Shown here: in pieces, positions 52,631 to 64,000 of the stretch
Position numbering within the stretch: the stretch's first letter is position 1
Layout of the letters: every line of letters starts with the position of its first letter
Source: Paraspadella gotoi
Taxonomy: Eukaryota; Animalia; Chaetognatha
Direction of reading: 5' to 3'
Assembly (NCBI GenBank): GCA_051294375.1
Contig: CM119264.1
Coordinates: 26,373,011-26,437,010 of the forward strand
DNA: 64,000 nucleotides
Translations under genes and position numbers: made by a program
Notes under the pieces: generated by a model
Seen by the model: the letters and a program-made list of their open reading frames with translations, nothing else
Database searches by the model: none
Told to the model about the DNA's origin: nothing

Positions 52631-55600
52631 AGAGAGAGAGAGAGAGAAAGAAGGTATGAGGGGAGCGAAGGCAATAAAAGATTTTGGGACGACAGGAAAT
52701 GATTGAGGTAAGCCGGTAAAAAACGACCACATGGGCGGACGAGAGAGAGAAGAGAGGAGAGGAGAGAGAGAGAAGAGAGAGAGGAGAGAGAGAAGAGAGA
52801 GAGAGAGAGAGAGCAGATGAAGATGTCGCAAGGGCGGAAAAGTAGCTGCCGACTTCAATCCTCGATTTCTCTTCCACCGAATTCCATTTCTCCATCATAC
52901 GATTCCCTCATACGTCATTCCACGTCCGAAGAGGCGACGGGGACGAAAGCGGCGGCGGCGGCGGCGGCGGCGNNNNNNNNNNNNNNNNNNNNNNNNNNNN
53001 NNNNNNNNNNNNNNNNNNNNNNNNNNNNNNNNNNNNNNNNNNNNNNNNNNNNNNNNNNNNNNNNNNNNNNNNNNNNNNNNNNNNNNNNNNNNNNNNNNNN
53101 NNNNNNNNNNNNNNNNNNNNNNNNNNNNNNNNNNNNNNNNNNNNNNNNNNNNNNNNNNNNNNNNNNNNNNNNNNNNNNNNNNNNNNNNNNNNNNNNNNNN
53201 NNNNNNNNNNNNNNNNNNNNNNNNNNNNNNNNNNNNNNNNNNNNNNNNNNNNNNNNNNNNNNNNNNNNNNNNNNNNNNNNNNNNNNNNNNNNNNNNNNNN
53301 NNNNNNNNNNNNNNNNNNNNNNNNNNNNNNNNNNNNNNNNNNNNNNNNNNNNNNNNNNNNNNNNNNNNNNNNNNNNNNNNNNNNNNNNNNNNNNNNNNNN
53401 NNNNNNNNNNNNNNNNNNNNNNNNNNNNNNNNNNNNNNNNNNNNNNNNNNNNNNNNNNNNNNNNNNNNNNNNNNNNNNNNNNNNNNNNNNNNNNNNNNNN
53501 NNNNNNNNNNNNNNNNNNNNNNNNNNNNNNNNNNNNNNNNNNNNNNNNCAAAGAGAACTCCTGCCACGAGTTTCGATATAAATCAAGTCTCGAGTCCGAA
53601 GACGAAAAACCGACGTCGCAAATCTGGTGAAGACTTTTCATGAGGTGCCCTCTGCCCACAGCGCCACTTCCCACTGTGCTCACTGCCCAGTGCTCAATGG
53701 GCCAACCGACTATCGAGTCCACCGGACGTACCCCCAACTTCTCTTTAAATTCATAGTCCACCTCTTTTTAAAGCTTTTGTAAAGCACAAAGTTTTATTAC
53801 AAAATTTTGTCGGTTGATTTAAAACTTTGTCATCTTTCCCTTGAATTTTTTTTAAAAAAACGGGAGGTTCTCTAGAATTGGGACAGAAGATTATATAGAA
53901 ACCATTTATAATTTCCTACAAACAACACAAAGCAAATCCTCGCATTCATTTTATAAAAAAATAAAGCGGCCAGCAACGATACGCGTGTAGCGAAGACTGG
54001 CAAAGAGAAGCCGGTAATGATAGTCGTCTCAGAGAAACTGGCATTCCGAAAACAATTTATTTTCATCCCCGAGGTCCGCAACGCTTGACCCGCATATTGC
54101 CTCTAAACAAGGCGTAGGACAGACTCTGCGTTGACATGGGGGCAGCAGAGAAGCTGAGGGCGGAAGATGGACGAGAGGAGGCATGAGAGTAGGCGAGGGG
54201 TAAGATTATAGAGGGCACGGTATCAGTCACGAGGAGTGCGGAATATCGCACTGAGAGATGGGCGTCCCAGAGAGCAGAGCGGGGAAGATGAGGAAAAGGA
54301 GGAGAAAGAAGAGGGGGAAGCGGACTGCAGAGAAGGGAGCTGAAGATGGCAGAGGAGCGCCGGGACCATTCATTGCAATGAGAGGGCAGCGGAGGACATG
54401 ATGGTAGCATACAGAAAGGGAAAAGCACTGACGAGGAGAGGCCGGCATGAAGGGACGAAGATCAAGAACGCGAAATAAAAGACGGTACAACGGTCCTTAT
54501 GGATCATTTAAAAAATAGCTTTCGCTAAAAAAAACCTTAAGGGAAAATTTGAAAGAGACAAAAGAAACAAACAAGGTGAGAGAAGAACAAGGAAGGAACG
54601 GAAAAAAAAGAGGCAATTAGGTGGGCGGCCGACATTTCGCGATCAAAGAGAAACGAGCCAAAAGAATCATAAAGCAGTTGAAAACTGAAGAGAACAACAC
54701 GCAAGAGATATACCCTTAGGACGCGAGAGAGAGAGAATAGAGACGAGACGACACCGCAGAGATCGCACCGAGAGAGGACGCAGACTGAGAGACGGAGAGA
54801 GACGGAGAGACGCAGACGAGCAACGACGACGAGAGAGAGAGTACGAGAGATTGCGTTTTCGTCGATCCAACAAAAGTGGCGGAAGAAGTAGAGCGCATAG
54901 CACTGGACACGGCGCAGAGGTACAGAATTGCGTAAGGTGGCCGTTTTTTAACAATGCGAGCAAGGAAGCGAGTGAGGAAAACGCGAAAAAAAAGAAAAAG
55001 ATGCGATCGCAAAGCCGCGTCCGGCAGGCAGATAGCCAAACTGCAGATGAGCGAAATGATTGTGTAAATGAAGTCTTCTGCTGGCGAAAAAAGAAAATCG
55101 TGCAAACGCGAAAAAAAAAGAGCGAACCACCGAGCAAGGAGCAAGAAGAAAGAAATGAAAGAAAGAGGAGGAAATGAATGTGATAAAATTTAGGTTAAAT
55201 GAAAGACGTAGTAGAACAGGAAAGGAAAAAAGAAGAATATTAATAGAAGACTTAAAAGAAAATAAAAAGACCGAAAGAATTAATCAAATGAAAAAAAGCG
55301 ATAAATCAAAAAAAAGAGAAACAAACGAAGGATGAAACACGAATAGAAAAGAAAAAAGAAAAAAAAATGAGGGAGTATTAAAGAAGAAGCGCATTTCGTA
55401 CCGCTTTTAGCAGTTATTGGCTGATATAAAGAAATGAAAAGGCAGAGTAATAGGAAAGTAGAAGAAAAAGAAAATGAGAATAAGAAGAGAAAAGAGAAAA
55501 GGAAAGACCCGAAATAGAAAAAGGAAAGAAAGAATAAAAGAGAGAAAGAGAAGAAAAAGAACAGAAAAGAAAATGACGGAAAAATAAAAAGGAAAAGCAA

Positions 55601-56334
55601 AAAGAAATGGAGAAAAAGAGGCGCGAATCTTCGTTCCCCTTTCGATGGTCCGACGTTCGTTTTGACGTCTTTAAAAGTCAAACCGCGAACAAAACGCGAT
55701 GATTTTTAAACGAGAGAGGACCAAAACTCCACCCAAGGCTTTTTCAAACAAAAGAGCAGTCGAGCTTAAAGTTTAAAGTTTAAAGTTTAAAGTACCTATT
55801 GCGGGGATTGAAATTTAAATTGAAACTTTAAATTTAAATTCAAACAGTCAATAAGTTTAAACAATAGATGATATGGTTAATAACTTAATACCAACAGCTG
55901 GTTAATAATGACTGGTGTAATGGTGTAATTTTGTAGTTAATTTTAGGCAACAATTCACAAACGCCATGGGGTTTTTATGGATCTCATATATAAAAAAAAA
56001 GGAAGTGAGAAAATATATTCAAATTCATAAAGTAGCATACAAGTCTTCCTTTTCTCCGTTAAAGTAAAACCCAGCTGAGACAAAAGGTTCAGGAATGATA
56101 AAAAACCCAAAAAGCTTTGGCGGCGACGGTGAATGAAGAGGAGGAGGAGGAGGAGGAGGAGGAAGGGAAGGGGGACTCAAAACAGGTGACACTCAACGAG
56201 GAGAGAGAACAGAAAGAATAAAAGACAATAAAAAAGTGGAAAAAGAATAGAAAAGTTATGTGGTAGACTCGGCGGCGAAATAACCGGACGTGGGCCGTCT
56301 AGTAACGCCGCCAGCCGGGGAAGGTGGTGCCGGT

Positions 56335-56610
56335 GGGTAGAGATGGTAAGTTGGGTATGAAAGGAATAGGGATGGCGGAGTTGGTACGTTAGCGTAGAGA
56401 TGGCTTACTTAGACAGAGATGGCAGAGATGGCTTAGTTTGGTAGAGATGGTTCCAACCGGTAGAGATGATGCCTGTTGATGAAGAAAAAGCTTTTTGTAG
56501 TGTAGATTGTTTTGTGAGTAAAAGATGCCTATTTGTTCGATTGAGCCGTGGTCTGTACAGATGATTTAGTTTAGCAAAGATGGTGCCAGTCGGTAGAGAT
56601 TAGATGGCGC
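56335..56610. repeat. Degenerate repeat field built on (GT)AGAGATGG
   Basis: About 8 occurrences of agatgg/agatga at irregular spacing. Confidence 0.65.
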
Positions 56611-56989
56611 GCAGGGGCGTAGAGTCGGGCGGTAGAATCGGCGCCGCCACAAATCAAAGACAAAAGAACGAAGATAAAATGCGGACTGAATAACAATCGT
56701 CGACGGAGACAGGGTAAGGGGTTTTTTTTGTGGGTGAGGTGGGTATTGGGTAGGTGGGGGCGGTAGAGAGAGTTGGGGGAACCGGAGGGTGAGTGAAAAG
56801 GTGAGAGAGGCTGTAGTAGAAGGTAAGGCGACGAGTGTGGAATAAAAAAAGAGAGGGCATAAAAGAGTTAGTGGGAGAAGGTGGTGGTGGAGGTGGTGGT
56901 GGTGGTGGCGATAAATTAGGTCGTAAGGAAATGGAGTTTTAAACTTAGAGGATGAGTTTTGAGAAAACTGATTAATATCTCGGATTTAG

Positions 56990-57765
56990 TTCTCATTTAT
57001 TCTTTTTGAATTTTTTTTCCTTTTCTTTCTTTTCTTTATTTAGACTCTCTCCTTTCTTTACTTTTGTCCGACTGTTTCTGTGGTTGATGTTTGCCAATGA
57101 GAGATTACAAATAGATTTTCATTCGACGAAAAAGACTATTTAATCAACTTAGGATATTTTTCTTTAAACTTTGCCGTTTCCCATCGTCATTGTCAACGTC
57201 GTTGTCTGATTCACAGACTTTTCCATCGTTGTCGTCACTGTCGGCGTTATCTTTGTCGTCGTCGTCGTTTCTGTCGTCGTTCTCGTCGTCGTCCCGATCG
57301 TCACCGTTCTCGTGATCTTTCATGACAAGGAAAATCCATTATTGATTCCACCCCCGATCCTGATGAGGCCCTCGCCTAGGCGGAGTGAAAAAAAAAGGGG
57401 TGTGGAGGAATGAGGGGTTGGGTTAATAAGGGGGTGTTGGAGGAAAGGAAAGGAAAAAGAAAAGTTGGAGGAAGGAAAGAAGAGGAAACGAAATAAAACT
57501 ATACTAACTAATTTTAGTTAATGACGTAAATATCGAAAATACATTGAGTGAAAAAATTTAAAAAAAAAAGATTTGCGAAAATCAGACCGAAAACTTTTCT
57601 TTCTTTCCAAAAATTACTATATTCATAAGAAACCTTAGAATAAGATCAAAGAGACAAAGATAAAAGTAATTTTTACTTATTTGAACATTTTTATGAATTT
57701 ATGTCTGTGAAAAAAAATTAAAAAAAGATAGAGAAGAAAGGAAAAATTATAAAAAAAGAAAAAGT

Positions 57766-57805
<40 letters not shown>

Positions 57806-58336
57806 GAAAGAAAGAAACAAAGAATAAGAAAAGAAAGAAAGAAAGAAAAAAATAAACATACACCATAAAAAGGAATAAGTGGCGAATAAAACCCGAATTT
57901 ATTCTTTTTCTCACGCGAGAAAAAAAAACCAAACTCGCGACAAAAACGAGAATCTTCAAAGGCGAAGTCGTTTGGGTTGCGTCATCATTATCGTCATCGT
58001 CGTCGGTGTTGTTGTTGTTGTCGCCGGCGGATCTAATAGGATTTCCGGGTTGTCCGACGCCCAAGACCAAAAGGGTCGTCATCCGATTCCCCATTATCAC
58101 TGTAGAAAATCACCGTGAGAGAAGACTCATCGACTCATTTATCGCTTTTAAGTTTGAACTTTAATTTCATAAAGTCAAGTCTGAGAATATATTTTCAACA
58201 TTGCCACGATTACAAGTTTATAAATGATTTCTTCTTTGATTCTATTATGTGAGATATCAAAGAGACTATACAGAGGCAGATGACGGACAATCGTAGATAA
58301 TTAGACTGTATTAATTAGAGACAAATTATGAATGTT
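56990..58336. repeat. ~1.35-kb segment duplicated at 62470-64000 (second copy is insertion-rich and runs off the window)
   Basis: Collinear from ttctcatttattctttttg to ttagagacaa...ttatgaatgtt. Confidence 0.92.
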
Positions 58337-59209
58337 CAAGTCTCTAGTTAAATACGATTGTTCCCCCAATTTATTTCAAGCAATAAACAAGTGATTAAAC
58401 TGACAAAAAACTTGTTAAAACGGACAAAAAAGTGACAAGAATTCCGGGTGACAAAGACACCCGCCTTGGGGCGTTGCTTCAACCGGTCGCAGTTTATTTC
58501 CCTTTAATTTCTCTCCAAACTTTGATCCCCGCTTAATTGTTATTGTTATTGTTATGCGAATCGGGAACCGGTCTTTGTTTCTACGAGTTAAACTCCCCAA
58601 AAATTATCGTCCCTGTTATGGGGCAAAAAAAAAAAAAAACGAATAAGCAAACGGCACTATTTTCTGAAGGAGTCTCATTTTCGACCTTAATCCCTGAACA
58701 TACTATTAATATGGATATTCAATATTTTTTTTTTCTTTAAATATTTAATAAAATTCTTAACCTTATTTTTTAATACTAATCTAATTTTCAATTCTAGAAT
58801 AACTATTTCCAATCCGTAAATCTTAACCCTCATCCCAATCCTTAACCAAAACTTATTTTTGAAATCTAATCCTTAACCTAAATCTTTATCCTTAATCCCA
58901 ATTACAATTTTAAAATCTAAAAATAACAAAAATTTAACGCCAAATTTAAACTGAAACGAGGCACTTTCAGAAAATATGGCCAGGCAGGCAATGAATTTAA
59001 ACGAGAGAAGAAAAAAAAAAACCCCAAAATCTTTGACAAAGACGACGCCAGCGACGACAACAACGACGACAAAATCAGCCGGTGCCCGTGCACAACGACG
59101 ACAAACAACAACAACAACCAGGGATGCCCCGACAACAATGGGTTTGATACCGCGAGACCCCGAGATGGCGCGTTGGGGTCGTTAGCGCCGACGACGTGGG
59201 AATCGAAGG

Positions 59210-61707
59210 AAGAGAGAAAAGAGGAAGAAGAGAATGACAACGACGAAGAGGACGAGCCCTTCTCTTAATAGGGCCGATAGGGGGAGAGATATAGGGGGGT
59301 TCTGAGTGGAGTTGAAATGGGTTTCGGTGAGCGTGGGAGAAGGGGCGCTGGAGAACTGGGCGGAAGAAGTGCTTTCGGATGAGGGAACTCGAGGAATGGA
59401 CTTGGGAGGATTGGGGATTGGTTTGGAGGTATGGGGGGAGTTGGGGGGGGCGATTACTGTTTTCGAGAGGGTCGAGGGGCTGCTTGCAGGCTTGGGTTCG
59501 CGGTTTAGAAATTTATACGGCGGAGTGGTAAAATGAGCAAAGTGAAGTATTAGTCGAACTCGATGGAAAAACGTGATATGTTTTGCGGTAAAAGGTTTCA
59601 AGGTAAGTTTTAAAAAGATACATATTCGTATTGCAGGGAAAATAACTGTCGGAGAGAGTAATGTTGAATCAACCTCTATTAACATTGGAATATTGATTTT
59701 TAAAACTACAATCAGTTTGAAACATTCGTCAAAATTAAATAACATATGGTGGACTAAAATCCACCAACCGTTCATCCAGCGGACAATTGGTGCCAGAGGC
59801 AAGTCATTCGCCCTCCCAACCCAAAGGTCCGGAGTTCTTGCCCGGTGGTCGTCTGGCAGTTAAGAGGGACGGGGCGCTTAACCCGCCTGTAAACGGTGTT
59901 ACATGCCTGAAACCAAAACATTGAAACGGTCTGTCACTAACACATAACAATAATGACTGTTCTCTTCACTATCTCTAGACAAATTACTGATCCGAAGCTC
60001 AGGACTAGCTTATATTGAATGGTTTGTCACTAATACCATCGAGAACAATACATTACTGTCTCTTCAAACAAAGATTTGGTCGTGACGGTGTTATAAGAAT
60101 ATTGTAAGATAGTTTGTACTTTTGTATGTATAAAGTTACGAGATCGAACGAGAAGAGACGTAGATTACGTGAGACAACGAAATGTGTTTTCGCCTTTGAA
60201 AATCTAATAAAGTAACCAACATTTACCGCCTTTGTTTTTATATTAAGGTCACGATGTCAATGGACAATCTGAATTAGGTCAAATATAAATGCTTCTAAAT
60301 CTTTGTGAAAAGAATTTATTATTTTTTTTAGCACTAAATTGTTTGTACCGATTTTATTTCATTATCTAACAATCGCTCGCACCAACCCAGTTAGGAACTC
60401 TGCCATTTGCTTTCTTTTTGTGTTGCGGCAAATAAAATATTTACGCACGAAAAGAGAAATTCTGCCTGCCACATTTATTTCTTAACATGATAATCTAATT
60501 TCCATTCTACATTTTAAATATAATAACAATTTTCTTTTCCTCGTATCTTTTGTTTCAGATAACAAATATCGCGTGCACAACGGGAAAAAAAACTATANNN
60601 NNNNNNNNNNNNNNNNNNNNNNGCGGAAGAGGAAGAAGAGGGAGAAGAGAATGACAACGACGAAGAGGACGAAGCCTTCTCTTAATAGCGGCCGATAGGG
60701 GGTGGCGGTGGGGGGCGAAGAGATTTACGGGGCTGGTGAGTGGAGTTGAAATGGGCTTTCGCGTGAGCGTGGGAGAAGGGCGCGGGAAACTGCCGGTAGA
60801 AGAAGTGCTTTGGATGAGGGGAACTCGAGGAATGACTTTGGGAGGATTGGGGATTGGTTTGGAGGTATGGGGATTTGCGGGGGGCGATTGAGCTATGTTT
60901 TCGAGAGGGTCGAGGGCTCTTTGCAGGTTGGGTTGCGGTTTAGAAATTTAGACGGCGAGATGGTAAAATGAGAAAGTGAGTAGTATTAGTCGAACTCATG
61001 GAAAAAAACGTGATTGTTTTGCGGTAAAGGTTTCAAGGTAAGTTTAAAAAGATAAATATTCGTATTCAAGGAAAATAACTGTCGGAGGGAAAGTAATGTT
61101 TGACCACCCTTCTATTAACATTGGATATTGATTTATTAAAACCTACACAGTTTTGAAACATTCGTCAAAATTGAATAACAAAAATTTGGTCGGGGTACGT
61201 GTACGTTAAAGATATTGTAATAGTTGTAATTTGTATTAATAAGTTACGAGGACGAACGAGAAGAAACGTAGATTACGTGAGACAACGAAATGTGTTTCGC
61301 CTTTGAAAATCTAATAAAGTAAACATAAGCTTTGTTTTTATATTAAGGTCACGATGTCAATGGACAATCTGAATTAGGTCCAAATATAAATGCTCTCTAA
61401 ATTTTTTGAAAAGAACTTTATTATTTTTTTTAGCACTAAATTGTTTGTACCGATTTTATTTCATTATCTAACAATCGCTCGCACCAAACCCAGTTAGGAA
61501 CTCTGCCTTTGTCTTTCTTTTTGTGTTGCGCAAATTAAAATATTTACCAGAAAAGAGAAATTCTGCATGCCACACTACATTTATTTCTTAACATGATAAT
61601 CTAATTTCCATTCTACATTTTAAAGATAAATAACAATTTCTTCTTTTCCTCGTATCTTTTGTTTCAGATAACAAATATCGCGCTGCACAACGGGAAAAAA
61701 AAACTAT
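59210..61707. repeat. Tandem near-duplicate (59210-60597 vs 60623-61707) across a 25-N gap
   Basis: Both run from gaagagaatgacaacgacgaagaggacga to tgcacaacgggaaaaaaaactat; many 1-bp indels. Confidence 0.92.
59745..60070 (+). mobile_element. SINE-like segment with tRNA-derived head, absent from the duplicate copy
   Basis: A-box-like tggtgccagaggc (59788), ctcccaa loop-like segment, B-box-like ggagttcttgccc (~59830); flanked by aaca on both sides; empty site at ~61180. Confidence 0.5.
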
Positions 61708-64000
61708 CAAAAGTTAAACAAAATGAAAAAATTCGAAGCGCCGAAAAACTTATTTCTTTACATTTCGAGAGAATAATACTAATTGTAATATTACTACACT
61801 CATGTGCAAAACAACGTGCCAATATTTAACTGTAGTTTGTATATATTTTATTACAATCGATGAAGATATTTAGAAGATCATTTAATCTAATTTTCTTCAA
61901 AAGCTTTGAAATCATGTTATTTTTCAATAACCTTGAAATTATTTATTTTGGTATCTGGATCAATCCAGTTATCTACTACAAAAAAAAATCAGAAGAAAAA
62001 ATATTATTTTTAAAGGAATCAATATTTTTGCATGTTTAGCTTTGCTGTGTTATACTTCATTTAAAAAAATCACTGCTCTTAAACGAATAGAGTAATTTTT
62101 ATAATATTTATGCCAAACTCTTCATTTTTTAATAAACTTTAATTTACTTATACAGTTTGTTAACAAATCAAAGTATATAAATAGATTTTTGAAGGCTGAT
62201 ATAAAGTGGCGCGATTTTTTTGTCTGTAATGTGTCTGTAATAACGAGTAGTAAACAAAGAAATTTATATATGAGGTATAATCCTTGTTTTTTAAACTCCT
62301 CCGCCTTTGTTATTATTTAGCCTAAGAAACGTTTTCGACGAATTTTCCCGATTTCGTCGATTTTGACAATTATTGTTTTTGGTGACATTTATGACGACGA
62401 CGACGACGACGACGAGGATTGAAAAATTTATAGTCAGGTGTCGAGAAACATTTTTTTAAATCTCTTAACTTCTCATTTATTCTTTTTGGAAATTTTTTTT
62501 TTTTCCTTTTCTTTTCTTTCTCTTATTAACTCTCTCCTTTCTTCTTACTTTTTTGAGTCCCCGACTGTTTCTGTCTTTGGTGATGTTCTGCCAATGACGA
62601 GCAATTACTATAGAATTTTTCATTCGACGAAAAAAAGACTATTTCTTAAATGCAACTTAGGATATTTTTTCTTTAATGCCTCGTCCATATGTCAACGTCG
62701 TTTGTCTGCTCTGAAATTCACAGACTTTGTCCATCGTTGTCGTCACTGTCGGCGTTTATCTCTTGTCGTCGTCGTCGTTTCTGTCGTCGTTTCTCGTCTT
62801 TGGTCGTTCCCCCGATCGTTCACCCCGTCTTCTCTTTATGATCTTTCATTGACAAGAAAATTCGGTCTATTATTGATTCACCCCCCTCCCGATCCGGATG
62901 AGGTCTTTTAGGCGGAGCTGAAAAAAAAAAGCGGCAAAAAAAAAAGGGAGTCGGGTGTGGAGCGGCATGCAGATGGGTTTGGGTTCTAATAAGGGGTGCT
63001 TGGAGGAAACGAAAGAGAAAAGAAAAGTTGTAGGAAGGAAAGCAAGAGGAAACGAAATAAAGACTATACTAAACTAAATTTTAGTAATGTACCGTCGTAC
63101 AATTATCGAAAAAATAACATATGATTAGTGAAACTTTACAACAAAAAAAAAGAGATTTCGCCGGAAAACTCCACGTGACGCGGAAACATTTTCACTTTCT
63201 ATTTCCAAAATTTACTACCTATTTTCATTCTTAAGAAACAATAAAGACAAAGGATCAAAAGTAATTTTTCCACTTATTTATAGAACATTTTTTATGGGAA
63301 TTTATGTCTGTGAAAAAAATTAAAGAAGAAGACTAGAAGTATCAAGATACAAACCTAATATAAAAAAAGAAATAAAGAAGAAAGATAACAGAAAGAAAAA
63401 AGAAAGAAAGAAAGAAAGAAAGAAAGAGAAGATAAGACAAGAAAGATAAAAAAGAAAGAAAGAAAGAAAAAACAATAACACACCTACCACCATAAAAAGA
63501 GATAAGTGCGCGAAATAAACCCGAATTTATTTCTTTTTTCTCACGCGGCGAAAAAAAACACAAACTCCGCGACAAACTACCGAGGATCTTCAAAGGCGGA
63601 ACAAGTCGTTCTGGGTTGCGTTCATCTATTATCGTCCATCGTCGCGTCCGGTGTCTGTTTTGTTGTAGCGGCGGATCTCAATAGCGGATTTCCGTGTTGT
63701 CCGCGCCCAAGACCCAAAAGGGGTCGTCATCCGATTCCCCATTATCACTAGTAGAAAATACTCACCGTGAGAGAAGACTCATGACTCATTTATCGCTTTT
63801 AAGTTTGAACTTTAATTTCATAAAGTCAAGTCTGAGAATATATTTCACACATTTTGCCACGACTTACAAGTTGTCATAACATGATTTCTTCTTTGATCTC
63901 TAATTATGTTGAAGATATCAAAGAGACTATACAGAGGCAGCATGAGGACAATCGTTAGATAATTTAGACTGTATTAATTAGAGACAACATTATGAATGTT

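Noticed and set aside
54080-55180. Unique-looking mixed sequence as a possible gene or TE
   Set aside because: No coherent ORF. It lies near a gap and resembles the insertion-rich raw-read texture seen at 15.3-18.2 kb.
56299-56315. ctagtaacgccgccag resembling a TOPO/pCR vector polylinker
   Set aside because: Short gapped match with no flanking vector sequence; chance.

Overview
This is eukaryotic, most likely animal (invertebrate-like), draft-assembly DNA. It is AT-rich and dense in (GA/TC)n, (GAC/GTC)n and (CTTT)n microsatellites, with short CpG-rich islands in between and seven N gaps. I recognise no protein-coding gene, rRNA, intact tRNA, known miRNA, transposase/RT ORF or CRISPR array. 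Most ORF-track entries are translations of microsatellites or run through Ns. The window reads as a large intron or intergenic region. Supportable content: several minisatellites (27, 31, 33, 35 and 36 bp units); one short interspersed repeat in two copies; a ~326-bp tRNA-headed SINE-like segment present in only one of two duplicate copies; a Helitron-type 3' end; clusters of transcription-factor motifs (E-boxes, CCAAT boxes, NRF1/Ewg, YY1/Pho); low-confidence exon candidates at 12.3 kb (-) and 20.6-23.3 kb (+); and four local duplications. Three of the duplications abut 25-N gaps and look like long-read gap-filling artefacts. I found no convincing novel multi-gene system. The findings are hypotheses ranked by interest.
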